Shown here one piece after another: positions 1 to 10,277 of a DNA stretch of 64,000 nt; position 1 is the first letter of the stretch, and each line of letters begins with the position of its first letter. This DNA comes from Bispira polyomma (Eukaryota). The position numbers were made by a program, and so were the translations under genes. A model generated the notes under the pieces. The model was not told where the DNA came from and did not search any database. It saw only the letters and a program-made list of their open reading frames with translations. Location of the stretch: assembly GCA_965649765.1 (NCBI GenBank), contig OZ287755.1:44578001-44642000 (forward strand), given 5' to 3'.

Positions 1-195
1 CGATGAGGGTTTGAGTCTTTCAGGAACACAGTTTGGGTGGTAAATTGCAGTTCTCTGGCTGTTGGCAGAGGTATTGGGGAAGACAACGGTGAAGAAACAG
101 GAATATTCCTGAAAAGGCAACAAAAAGTTGGAAATAAGGTTCAAAGAATTTAGGCATAGTTAAAACAATATACAGAACAATATTACCATTTTGTA

Positions 196-418
196 GAGTA
201 CACAGGCGGTCACAATAGTGTCCGGGTCATAATAGTGTCCGTTGCATTTTTAAAGAACTGACTGACAGAAATTAATATCGAAAACACATGCTAATTTATG
301 CTTATGAAATAAATTGCAGAATACTATATTTTATTTTTGAGAAGTCAACATTTTATACTTTGAAATGTATGTCGATCAATATTGTGACCTGGACACTATT
401 GTGACCGTCCGTGTACTG
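196..418. mobile_element. MITE with terminal inverted repeats (Tc1/mariner-pogo-like ends)
   Basis: gagtacacaggcggtcacaatagtgtcc (196-) is the inverted counterpart of ggacactattgtgaccgtccgtgtactg (-418); preceded by TA; no coding capacity. Confidence 0.7.
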
Positions 419-559
419 ATGGAGTAAAGTAAGTACATACTTTACATGTATAGAAGTGGGTTAACATGGAAGAACCATAATGGATAATCAATATGACTTA
501 TGTTCTGTATGTCCAGTCTGACAGTCCAGAAATGTAGTTGTATGGCAGACAGTGTAGTA

Positions 560-2330
560 ATATTAGTTTGACATTAGTCATTTTTACTTTTTCAGCATAA
601 TGGGGTCGTTTTCTTTTTTCCCCGGTTAAACGTTTGTTCGATATGGAATTCCCAAATGAGTGCTTCTGAAATTTTTGTACAAGGGTATGTTTTTGACCCT
701 TCATTTTTTTTGTAACATCTTTGACCACGTACCATTGCCTAAGAAATTATGCTTTGTACTTCAAGAAACTAAGTATTTAGATTGTCATTGTTTTGTTGTA
801 AAGTTGTTTTTTTTGTCCGGGTTTGGATCATTCACAAATCCTCTGAAGTTGTATTTGCTGTGGTGGCATCATGATGAATGAATTTAGGATTTAAATCTTT
901 GTTCATTTGTTGAATATAATGCAGGATGTTTGTGAGTTGAATTACCTTGTAAATAGACGGTCTGGGTTATGGTAAGGTTTCAACCGATTGGCATGACACA
1001 CTAATCAAACTGTAGTAATATTCCGACAGTGAAGCAATCTGTAAGTGTAATTGTGCAACTTTTAAACAATGTAGAATGGTCTTGTCCAAAATTTTGTCAT
1101 CTTAGGCTAAGATTTTTAGCTGACTTCCTGGATGTACTTTTGTGCAATACAACCATAACTTTTGTCCTACCTGAAATGATAAGACAGTCAACACATCATG
1201 TCTTAATGTTTGTGGAACTACAAGCTGTTTTATAACTCTGTCACTATGGTGGGTAGTAAAGATAAAATAACACCTTATTGTCCAACATATAATCAGCCTG
1301 ATTAATCAGGTGATTCAAGTATTATTTTTTTCTTGCTTGTTTGTTATCTTGTGGTAAAGTACCACTTTCTATATATTTTTTTATTTGTGTGTGTAATGAT
1401 AGGAATCTCAGTGAGATGTTTTGTTGGATCCAGCCTTTTATATTCTTCCTCAACATTCATTAAGTTGTTCAGTGTGTTAACTAATGATACTGCCATGATT
1501 GACATTTGCTGTTTTTCCTTCACTGATGCTAGGAGCTGCCCAGTGTAATTCATAGTCTAGTAATTTGTTGTTTTGACAGTGAATTTCGAATGTGCCAGAT
1601 CAACATGAAAATAGCTAATTATTTTTTAATCTTTTTGTGTAATGGGAAAAGTTCTCTCACTAGGAGTAAGTGATCTTCCGCAGTCACCTTCTCGCGGCCC
1701 TGACCCATCTATTTGTCTCAGAGCATAACCTAGACTTTGGTCTGAACTGTCTGTATAGTCTAGAAACTCCTTTTGAAAAATCTGGGTAAATAAGAATGTT
1801 GCTGGAAAGAATGACAGATTTTAATTTTTATAATGCATCTTCACATTTCTCATCTCGTATGAAAGGTTGATCCTTTTTCAACAAAGTATTTATAGAAACT
1901 GCAATATGACCGCGACCCTTAATATAACTTCTCTAGTACTGTTTACGGCCAAGAAATTGCTTCAGTTGTTTTTGGTCTAGTGTATTTCTGAATAGCTTCT
2001 GCTTTCTCCTTACCTTCCGTACTGCAATTCCTTCTTTTGTGAGAATTTTACCCAGGTGTTTAATGGATTTCTGTGTGAAGGTGCATTTGTTGGGATTAAG
2101 TTTGATGTTAGCTTTAAAAAATCTTTCAAAAATAATACCTGGGTGCTTGAGATATGGTTTACAATTTGAGAATATGCCAAAATATCATCAACATAACCTA
2201 ATGCAAACTCAAATGATATACCTAAGAGAACTTGCTCATCACCATGGAGAATGCCATTGGACTGTTCATAAGCCCAAATGGTAACTTTCGAAATTGCCAG
2301 CACCCAGATTCTGTAATGATCTCAGTTTTG
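560..2330 (-). pseudogene. Degraded Ty3/Gypsy pol (RT, RNase H, integrase C-terminus)
   Basis: Minus-strand fragments FALGYVDDILAYS (RT YxDD), DSSDQSLGYALRQ...CGRSLTPSER (RNase H) and RPFYIV...HANRLKPYH (integrase GPY/F region); many stops and frameshifts. Confidence 0.75.
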
Positions 2331-3306
2331 TTTGGGGATGTATAGGATTCTGCCAGTACACAAAAAAACAGTCAAGAGTTCTGAAAATATTGACTGTAGC
2401 ATGTCCCAGTTCATCAACCATTTATTCAAATGTAATTTGAGGGAATGAAATCGGTCGGTTGCCCGATTTAAGAGGCGTGGGTCACAGGCAAATCAAAAGG
2501 AGTTTTTTTTTTCTTGGTTGGCAGGCTCTTATATGCCATGTTGAAGCATTTGTAATATTTGTTTGTCAATTCGACGCTCTGTAGTATCGTCATATTGGGG
2601 GTGTATTTATTAGTGTTCATACAAAGAAGTAGTGACTAACTCTGAAATATCTTTGTTAAAAATGTCAGAAGTTTTGCCTGAAAATCTAACAGCCGATCTT
2701 ACAGCTGATCTTTAGCTCAAGGGTTAAATCAGATTTTTTGTAGTTAAAACCAATGTCCTTGGCAAATTTATGAAATTCCCTTGTGGCTGATTATCTTGGC
2801 TGCTTTGTATTATGATTTTGGTGCTTGTATCATAAGTATCGTCTGTCTTTTATTTCAGTAATTTGTGCATTTTGAGATGTTTCACTTGCTCCACCATTGC
2901 ACTGGCTTTTGGTGTGTTGGTTTGTCTTTTATATTGTTTATACATTTCTGTGAAATTTTACCTACGCTCATAGCATCTGTCTTTCGTGTAAGCCTCTGTG
3001 GTCTTAGGTCTTCTTACAAAATATGTACACTGTTATGAGTTGGCACATGTTCAGTTTCTTTAAATTGAAATATTTTGGAGTGTAGCATTTTACAGTTCAT
3101 AGTTTTGTGTATATGGAGACATGTTTGTGAAAACAATTTTACAGATGACACTACTGACAATTCTTTAAAAAAAGTGTTTAACTATATCGTATGTTTTTGG
3201 CACGCCATATTTTTGTTCTCTGTAATTCACTCTATTTGTGTTGACTGACAATTTATGCTGAGAAAATTAAAAATATTATTCATAAATTGTATTTTTATAA
3301 AATACA

Positions 3307-3471
3307 TACTTACCCAGTGAAACTGTGTGCTTACCGGTAGTTCGCCTGCCGGTGACGACCAATCCCTAAGAGAAAAGGGGTTATTTACCGGTCGCCTCCG
3401 ACGAGAGTCGGTCCGCCGGGGACCGGTACATCACGTGACCCTGCGCGAGAAGCTGCGCAAACGACCATTCT
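3307..3471. repeat. DIRS ITR (3' end of element); the terminal extension 3263-3306 lies outside it
   Basis: Reverse complement of 10113-10277; I see one mismatch (3330). Confidence 0.95.
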
Positions 3472-3559
3472 GATTTACTAGAGCCATTTTTGAACCCATC
3501 TATTGACATAACACTACCCTTGGCGTTAACCGCGGGGCAGGTTGGGTGGTACTCTAACC

Positions 3560-3656
3560 GTTTCACTGGGTAAGTATGTATTTTATAAAAATACAATTTA
3601 TGAATAAAATTTTTAATTTTATTGCAATACAATTACTTACCCAGTGAAACTGTGTG
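3560..3656. repeat. DIRS internal complementary region (ICR)
   Basis: 3560-3620 is complementary to the left terminus 3263-3323 (one mismatch at 3275); 3616-3656 is complementary to the right terminus 10255-10295; the two halves share ATTTT. Confidence 0.95.
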
Positions 3657-4284
3657 CTGAATACCATCACCAAGGAGGTGGGTAAACGCCACAGGGAAGC
3701 TGGTAGAACTCCTTTTCTCTGAAATAAACAAAGTTATTAGTATTGATGGTGGTGATGCTGCCTCTTCTTGTCTGATCCTACAAGGAAAGAAGGAATTAGT
3801 CTAGTGCGTAATAATCACTTACCCTAGCCTGCAGCTCTCTGTAGTTGAGATGACCACCTTTTCATCGAGTACCAGAACTTCCACACATTGTAAGACTTTC
3901 TGACCTAAAAGGGTTAAAATACACGCAATAATTAGATACCGTTCTGGAACTAATATTGACAAGTATATGTATACATTTATATGAGAACAGATCGTAATCA
4001 GTTATCCCCCAGAATTACAGTATTAACATACTTATTTTTTGACAACCATGCTTACATGTGTGTTTTAATCAAAAACAGAATGAGTCAAAATTTTCTCTCA
4101 CCATCGATACAGGTATCCTGCTGGCATGTAGTCCTCCCGATCCGGTAGTAACGGATCCGGTTGACCGGTGGGGCACTGGCAAGTGTCACGATCCGGTCGG
4201 CTCCCCCCCCCCCCTGGTTTTCACAAGAGAGTAGCTGGGTCACAGGCACACACACTGAGGCAAATATCACATGATGAGAGTCGT

Positions 4285-7200
4285 TCAGGAAGGTGAAGAA
4301 TCCACAATCTGTTGAGCAGCTACAACAGGACCTAGGTAGAGGTAGTCTTTGTCCGCCCAGGCCAGGTTTTTTAAATAAAAGTCCGTGAACGTGGAATGCG
4401 ACTTCCAATGGCAGGCTGACATAATTTGATCGACCGAAACGCCACCTTGGAAGGCTTTGGAGGCCGCGAAAGCTCTGACGTCATGAGCTTTGACCTGTAG
4501 AAGGTCGAGAGAGTGATCATCAGCGAGAGAGTAACACAACTTCACTGTTTCTTTAATCCATGATGATATGGTTGACGCCTGTATTTCTTTGCTGTGGCCT
4601 TTCTTAAAAGACACAAACAAGAGCTTTCTACCTTTCCTGATGTCGGATACTTTATCCAAGTAGTATCTCAGGGCTCTGACAGGACATAACGATCTGTCTG
4701 TAATTAGGCTTCTGTCTAACGCTGGAGCGAGAGCAGGGATGATCACCGGTGCGATACACTGTGGTCCGTCCCTAGCGAGTTGATTCTTGGCCAAAAAGGC
4801 CGGGGAGGCTGCTAAAGATATTTTCTCCCAGTGGCCCAGATTCCGCATGTACTCGAATATCCAAGCGTGAATTTCGCTCCGACGTTTTCCTGATGCCAAA
4901 GCAAGTAGGAAGGCTGTCTTGTAAGTAAGATGCTTCAGTTCTGCTTTTCGTAACGGTTCAAAAGGAGGACAAGTAAGCTGATGTAGCACAACCGAGAGAT
5001 TCCACTTTGGTAAGGATCTGGCTGCCTTAGGCCTATCTCGATGAAAACTGGTCAACAACCGAGAGATGTCCTGGTTATGACTAATATTCACTGTGGAACC
5101 GAGGGTATCCGCAATAGCCGTCCTGTAGCCTTCTATGGTAGAAGGTCTTAGGTTCTTGTCCGAGTAGAGGTGCATCAAGAAATCTGCTACTTTATTAACA
5201 GGTGGGCATGTGAAGTCCACCTGCTTTTCCTCACACCATCGTTGAAAAACGGTCCACTTTGACTTGTAGACGGATCTTGTAGAGAGCCTCTGAGGTTGAG
5301 CAATCCTTTCTGCCACTGCAGGGGTGAAGCCTTGCTCTTGTAGTCCGGTACTCCTAGACACCAAGCGTGAAGGTTCCGGATGGAACCGAAGGTTCCATGG
5401 TTGTCTGAGTAAATTGTGGCGTGGAGGTAGCAGTAGAGGAACTCGCAGTGACAAGTCCACGAGATCCCAGAACCAGGGCATTCCCGGCCACCCTGGGGCT
5501 ATGAGAAGTATCCTGCACCTGTGGGTGCGTACTTTGTTGATCACCTTGGTGATCAGAGCTGTCGGGGGATAACAGTAAACGTCCAGGTTGTCCCAAGATA
5601 TGTTGAGAGCATCCACTGCCCAGGCTTGCGGATCCGGGAGTGGAGAGACGTATATCGGTAGTTTGTGATTCAAGTTTGTTGCAAACATGTCCACATGTGG
5701 AGTGTACCACTGGCGGCACAGGGTCTTGAAAATCCGAGGGCAGAGCGACCACTCTGTCTGGATGACTTGGTTCTTTCTGGAGAGAGCGTCGGCGATGACG
5801 TTTCGACATCCGGGAATGTGACGCACTCTGAGAGTCACAGTTAACTTGTGACATAATGTTTGTATTCTCCAGACTAGGGCACACATCTCCATTGAGTGTG
5901 TGCCTCCCTGTTTGTTTATGTAGGCTACCACCGATGAGTTGTCGGTTGACAGAAGGACTCTTTGACCGGTGCACTGAACCTTGAAGGCCTGTAGAGCCAG
6001 ATAGACTGCCTTGAGTTCTAGGACATTTATGTGTAGATCTTGTTCGGACACTGACCATCCGCCTCTGGCTGTGTGACAATCCAAGTGAGCGCCCCAACCT
6101 TCGTTTGAAGCGTCTGTAAAGAGCAAGGTATTGTGCTCGAGAGGATGGAGGGAGTCTCCCACCAACACGTTTCTTGGATCCAACCACCATTCGAGGTGAG
6201 CCTTGAGGAGAGGGTCCACTGGAATGAGCTTGTTTAAGGTTTCTGGGAACCTCCAGTGGTTCTTCAGGTGCCATTGTAGAGGTCGCATTTGAAGGCGACC
6301 CCCAGGTACTTGTTTTTCTGTTGACGCAAGGAGGCCGATAAGGGACATCCAGAGTCGAACCGACACCCGAGAGATGAGGAGTATCCGGTTGATCATATCC
6401 TGTAATTTGCGCAACCGGTCTGGTGTAGGTAGTACCAGTCCCCTCTGTAAGTCGAACTGGTACCCGATGAAGGTAAAGTTCTGTGAGGGGATAAGTTCCG
6501 ACTTCTCGTAATTGATGATCCAACCCAAATCTGTGATGAGGGAGATCACGGTCTCTGTGCTGGTTTGACATTGAGCCGCTGAAGGTGCTCTGATAAGCCA
6601 GTCGTCCAAATACTGATGCATCCGAACTCCCAAAGAGAGGGCCATCAGTTTGACTTCCTTGACTAGTAGAGTGAACTCGTGAGGGGCTGTTGCTAGTCCA
6701 AATGGAAGAGCCCTGAACTGGTAGGACTTGCCTCGGTGATGAAACCTGAGGTATTTTTGAGACCGGGGGTGAATCGGGATGTGTAGATAAGCATCCGTAA
6801 GGTCCAGAGAGGTGACCCATTCCCCCTGTTGTAAAGAGGCCCGGATCGACTCCGGGGTCTCCATGCGGAACTTGTGGACCTCGAGGTATTGATTGAGAGT
6901 ACTGAGGTCTATGACCGGTCTCCACCGGTTGCCCGGTTTGGGAACCAGGAAAAGCCGACTGGTGTATCCCAACGAGTTGGTCTTTTGCACCAGTACGACT
7001 GCTTGTTTTGACAGAAGGTCCACCACACAGTTGTGTAAAGCGTTGTCTTTCTGTCCTCCCGTGTATCCGCTTATGATGTATGGGAACCGGGATAGAGGAG
7101 GCTTTCTCCGGAATGGAAGGGAATATCCTAGCCTTATGATATCCAGTTCTCTTTGAATTATTCCTTTCGATGTCCATTCGGGTACAAAATGAAGCAAACG

Positions 7201-7533
7201 CGCCCCAACCCCTGAGGGCGTCTGCTTCGGTAGAGTCTCATTTCGAGGAGCCACCCCGGCCCCGGGGGAAAGGCTTCTTGAAGCCTCCTCCCGATCCTCT
7301 GTCGGATCCATTGCCACCGCCGCCTCCACGGCCACCTCTATACGCGTTGTTTCCCCGTCCCCGGGAAGAACGACCACGTCCACCTTGGTGATAGGGTGAG
7401 GACCTGTTGCCGCGATACGAACCCTTGGACGAGCTACTTTTGTGTTTGTAGTCCCCTGAGGAACCGCGGCTTGTATGATAACGTTTATCATTTTTAATGG
7501 CCTCCTGTGCCCTGGTGACAACGGCCGGGTCAA
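4285..7533 (-). CDS. DIRS pol (RT, RNase H, DNA adenine methyltransferase-like) read in frame into tyrosine recombinase; true start uncertain
   Basis: RT: WRPVIDL, SLDLTDAY, LPFGL, YLDD. RNase H: FTDAS, INVLELKAV, TDN, ADALSR. MT-like: DMFAT...VDAL...YCYPP...LIAPGW. YR: GKRRSEI, LCPVRAL, HDVR, HWKS, FTDFY. Confidence 0.93.
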   Translation of the reverse strand: MTRPLSPGHRRPLKMINVIIQAAVPQGTTNTKVARPRVRIAATGPHPITKVDVVVLPGDGETTRIEVAVEAAVAMDPTEDREEASRSLSPGAGVAPRNETLPKQTPSGVGARLLHFVPEWTSKGIIQRELDIIRLGYSLPFRRKPPLSRFPYIISGYTGGQKDNALHNCVVDLLSKQAVVLVQKTNSLGYTSRLFLVPKPGNRWRPVIDLSTLNQYLEVHKFRMETPESIRASLQQGEWVTSLDLTDAYLHIPIHPRSQKYLRFHHRGKSYQFRALPFGLATAPHEFTLLVKEVKLMALSLGVRMHQYLDDWLIRAPSAAQCQTSTETVISLITDLGWIINYEKSELIPSQNFTFIGYQFDLQRGLVLPTPDRLRKLQDMINRILLISRVSVRLWMSLIGLLASTEKQVPGGRLQMRPLQWHLKNHWRFPETLNKLIPVDPLLKAHLEWWLDPRNVLVGDSLHPLEHNTLLFTDASNEGWGAHLDCHTARGGWSVSEQDLHINVLELKAVYLALQAFKVQCTGQRVLLSTDNSSVVAYINKQGGTHSMEMCALVWRIQTLCHKLTVTLRVRHIPGCRNVIADALSRKNQVIQTEWSLCPRIFKTLCRQWYTPHVDMFATNLNHKLPIYVSPLPDPQAWAVDALNISWDNLDVYCYPPTALITKVINKVRTHRCRILLIAPGWPGMPWFWDLVDLSLRVPLLLPPRHNLLRQPWNLRFHPEPSRLVSRSTGLQEQGFTPAVAERIAQPQRLSTRSVYKSKWTVFQRWCEEKQVDFTCPPVNKVADFLMHLYSDKNLRPSTIEGYRTAIADTLGSTVNISHNQDISRLLTSFHRDRPKAARSLPKWNLSVVLHQLTCPPFEPLRKAELKHLTYKTAFLLALASGKRRSEIHAWIFEYMRNLGHWEKISLAASPAFLAKNQLARDGPQCIAPVIIPALAPALDRSLITDRSLCPVRALRYYLDKVSDIRKGRKLLFVSFKKGHSKEIQASTISSWIKETVKLCYSLADDHSLDLLQVKAHDVRAFAASKAFQGGVSVDQIMSACHWKSHSTFTDFYLKNLAWADKDYLYLGPVVAAQQIVDSSPS
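5354..7177 (-). CDS. 607-aa ORF fully overlapping pol; probably the N-terminal part of the DIRS YR ORF, detached here by a frameshift
   Basis: Stop-free for 1.8 kb in an alternative frame of pol, as is typical of DIRS1 elements; ends about 20 nt after the inferred frameshift. Confidence 0.7.
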   Translation of the reverse strand: MDIERNNSKRTGYHKARIFPSIPEKASSIPVPIHHKRIHGRTERQRFTQLCGGPSVKTSSRTGAKDQLVGIHQSAFPGSQTGQPVETGHRPQYSQSIPRGPQVPHGDPGVDPGLFTTGGMGHLSGPYGCLSTHPDSPPVSKIPQVSSPRQVLPVQGSSIWTSNSPSRVHSTSQGSQTDGPLFGSSDASVFGRLAYQSTFSGSMSNQHRDRDLPHHRFGLDHQLREVGTYPLTELYLHRVPVRLTEGTGTTYTRPVAQITGYDQPDTPHLSGVGSTLDVPYRPPCVNRKTSTWGSPSNATSTMAPEEPLEVPRNLKQAHSSGPSPQGSPRMVVGSKKRVGGRLPPSSRAQYLALYRRFKRRLGRSLGLSHSQRRMVSVRTRSTHKCPRTQGSLSGSTGLQGSVHRSKSPSVNRQLIGGSLHKQTGRHTLNGDVCPSLENTNIMSQVNCDSQSASHSRMSKRHRRRSLQKEPSHPDRVVALPSDFQDPVPPVVHSTCGHVCNKLESQTTDIRLSTPGSASLGSGCSQHILGQPGRLLLSPDSSDHQGDQQSTHPQVQDTSHSPRVAGNALVLGSRGLVTASSSTATSTPQFTQTTMEPSVPSGTFTLGV

Positions 7534-10051
7534 ATAGGTCAGTTGAATGATACGGAGATGACCTGAGGTCGGACTTCAAGTGACCTGGCACAAAAGGGTG
7601 CAGGTTTGTTAACACCGCATCTCTGCGAAAGAGAATGGTGTTCGCCATCATTGTCATAATGTCTGCGTGAAGATGTCCCACGACACGAGACATGCTGATC
7701 ATGACCCTCTGGGCGACAGCTAAGTTTTCGTCCTTAAGGGTCGGGTCTTGCTCTTGGCGGGCCCTTGTGATGGCTATCTCCGCTGCCCTAGAGAAGTGGG
7801 AGTAATGGTTGAGGGCTGAGAGCCACTCCTTCTGTCTACCCTCCCACTGCCGCATTTGCTTTTGCGAGACGTGACAGACCGGAGCCTGTCGAGGATTGTT
7901 TTGCTCAATGTCCCGGAAATTGGGATTGAGAAGCTGTGGTGTAACCGACCACGCAGCGTCTTGGACAGGATAAAATTTCACGTCCGACCTAGGCATTTTG
8001 AGAATTTCTCCTTGCTGAAGGCGCCTAGACTCTCCACCGGTAGGGTGAGCTGTTGTAGCCAGAGTGAGAGCCTGAAATTTTGAAACCAAGTCTAAAGCCG
8101 GGAGCTTGAGAGATGGGGGCAATACGGAATCTTCTGCTGCAGGCTGGGCCCGAAATAATGAAGTGGAAGATTCCTCTTTAGGAGTTTCTTTCGGTTCTGG
8201 AATATCCAGTATTGTCCTAACCGCCTTCAATGTTTCAACATAGGTAGGGAAGTACGTGTACTCATCCCTAGTGGTGGCGTTATCGTCCTCAGAAAAATTC
8301 CGATGGGAACGCGACGAATCCCGAGAGTGTTGTCCCGGTGTAGGAGAATTCTCTGTCTGTACCATCTCCATAGCCCTTTTCTTGGCAGCGATAAACGCTA
8401 CCGCGTGTTCCTCATTTTCCTCTGAGACCTCGCCTGCCTCACGTTCCGGGTACCGTACAGGAGGAGCCCCTAAAGAAGCTGACGGTTTAGCCTTCTGTTT
8501 AGAGGTAGCCGGTCTAGCCGGGACCCCGTCAGCCGAATCGTTGGAAGAGTCCGAAGTCGAAGCGTTTGGGGTCCTCTTCCTATGGCGACTCTTTTTATCC
8601 CGTTTATGTGTCCTCTTGTGCTCTTTCTTGAGCTTACGCTCGTAACGGGCCAAGGTGTCGGGTGACATGTACTCCATCTCCTGATCAGGTTCAGGGGTGG
8701 TTTTGTCCCAAGACGTCTCCGGTTGAGTATCCCTGGGGGTCTTAGTATGATGTAGTCCATACGACCTATCCGGCTGCTCGAACATCGGCTCCTGATAACC
8801 CCTAGAATGAGGTTGCGGTTGCGAGGCTGTCGCCCCGTAAGGGGGCCGTGGCTGCTGAGCCGGAGTGAGGTTGCTACCAGAGGTGAGTCCGGAGACCGAG
8901 GTACCTTCTCCGGTGACCGGAGGTTCCCTATCACGGGTTTGTTGTTTTAGAGAGGAGAGTTCCTTCATGAGAGTCTGAAGAAGGAGATCAGACTTTGCAG
9001 CCTGTTGTTGAAGCAAATTGTCGGTACGCTGCTGTTGCAGGTCCATCTTGCCATGAAGAGAGCACAGTTCCGTGGTAAATTGATTCCTCAAATTATCCAC
9101 GAGCGCACGTGACTGTGTCATCGGTGTAGCCGGGGGGGGAGGCGGTAAAGGTTGAATACCGGCCATGCCCGGTGCCGGACCTAAGCCTGTCACCCTTTCC
9201 AATGGAATCTGGATATCGACCCTCTGAGGGTAAGGAGGCTGAAAACTACTAGTAGACGCCGTGGACGGGGGTTGCGGTTCAACCGATTCATCCAAGAGGA
9301 CATTAGCGTCAAAGTCCGAAACTTCCATAGCTTCAATACCGGCTCCGGCGTCGGTTAAACCGGTAGAACCACCGGACCGGCTAGGCGAGTCGAGTAGAGT
9401 ATCTTCTGGGGATGCCAGAGGTGCCCGTTTTTTGTCCTGCCTTTGTCGGTAGGTGACTCGCAACTTAATCTTGTTTCTTTGCTCCTCCGTGAACGACGCA
9501 CAAAACTTGCAATCCGACGGATTCTTAGCACACGGGTCCTGTCCTTTACCCACCTGCCTGCAGGTAGGACACCATCCGTGGTCGTCCCACGAAGCAAAGA
9601 AATGACCACAACGGCCCTGTTTTTGCCCCGTTTTCGTACCACTAGCCCTAGGTGGCTTGGGAGGAGGAGTGGCTACACCTATGAGAAGAAGGGCAGCACA
9701 GAGCAAAGAAATGACCACAACCGTCAGTATAGCCAGGGGAGGAAGTGCTAAGGAGGTAGACGGTCCCGTGGGCTGGACTCTACCCTCCACCGTACTGAGA
9801 AAACTCAGCCAGACAACGAGCCAGAGAGCCGAGCTCCTGTGTCTCCCCGAGGGTACAAATACCCCCATAAGATGCAACAGACCCGGGAACCGGGCCGCCA
9901 TCTTATATCCCAGGAAGATAAGGCCAGAGCTGAAAGCTCTGCAAAACCCTATCAACCCTATCCAGGAAGGACTAAGTAAGTCCAACATAATCCACAACCA
10001 AAGAGCTAACTCCATGTTGAAAAAGTTTCTTAAAACCTGTGACAGTTCCAA
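7238..10051 (-). CDS. DIRS ORF1 (gag-like); start codon uncertain
   Basis: Cys/His cluster CGH...HGWCPTC...C...CKFC, coiled-coil segment, RRDAVL...LRSSP...LF motif, RGG-rich C-terminus; located upstream of pol. Confidence 0.88.
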   Translation of the reverse strand: MELSQVLRNFFNMELALWLWIMLDLLSPSWIGLIGFCRAFSSGLIFLGYKMAARFPGLLHLMGVFVPSGRHRSSALWLVVWLSFLSTVEGRVQPTGPSTSLALPPLAILTVVVISLLCAALLLIGVATPPPKPPRASGTKTGQKQGRCGHFFASWDDHGWCPTCRQVGKGQDPCAKNPSDCKFCASFTEEQRNKIKLRVTYRQRQDKKRAPLASPEDTLLDSPSRSGGSTGLTDAGAGIEAMEVSDFDANVLLDESVEPQPPSTASTSSFQPPYPQRVDIQIPLERVTGLGPAPGMAGIQPLPPPPPATPMTQSRALVDNLRNQFTTELCSLHGKMDLQQQRTDNLLQQQAAKSDLLLQTLMKELSSLKQQTRDREPPVTGEGTSVSGLTSGSNLTPAQQPRPPYGATASQPQPHSRGYQEPMFEQPDRSYGLHHTKTPRDTQPETSWDKTTPEPDQEMEYMSPDTLARYERKLKKEHKRTHKRDKKSRHRKRTPNASTSDSSNDSADGVPARPATSKQKAKPSASLGAPPVRYPEREAGEVSEENEEHAVAFIAAKKRAMEMVQTENSPTPGQHSRDSSRSHRNFSEDDNATTRDEYTYFPTYVETLKAVRTILDIPEPKETPKEESSTSLFRAQPAAEDSVLPPSLKLPALDLVSKFQALTLATTAHPTGGESRRLQQGEILKMPRSDVKFYPVQDAAWSVTPQLLNPNFRDIEQNNPRQAPVCHVSQKQMRQWEGRQKEWLSALNHYSHFSRAAEIAITRARQEQDPTLKDENLAVAQRVMISMSRVVGHLHADIMTMMANTILFRRDAVLTNLHPFVPGHLKSDLRSSPYHSTDLFDPAVVTRAQEAIKNDKRYHTSRGSSGDYKHKSSSSKGSYRGNRSSPYHQGGRGRSSRGRGNNAYRGGRGGGGGNGSDRGSGGGFKKPFPRGRGGSSK

Positions 10052-10112
10052 AGAAATTCAATTAACAGTTCGTAATCCGAAACACGATGCTTCAAAAATG
10101 GCGACCAGTAAT

Positions 10113-10277
10113 AGAATGGTCGTTTGCGCAGCTTCTCGCGCAGGGTCACGTGATGTACCGGTCCCCGGCGGACCGACTCTCGTCGGAGGCGACCGGTAAA
10201 TAACCCCTTTTCTCTTAGGGATTGGTCGTCACCGGCAGGCGAACTACCGGTAACCACACAGTTTCACTGGGTAAGTA
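10113..10277. repeat. DIRS ITR (5' end of element)
   Basis: Inverted copy of 3307-3471. Confidence 0.95.

Noticed and set aside
9657-10199. 180-aa antisense ORF over the DIRS 5' region (also 8256-8645, 6893-7391)
   Set aside because: No recognisable motifs; expected shadow ORFs in GC-rich coding DNA
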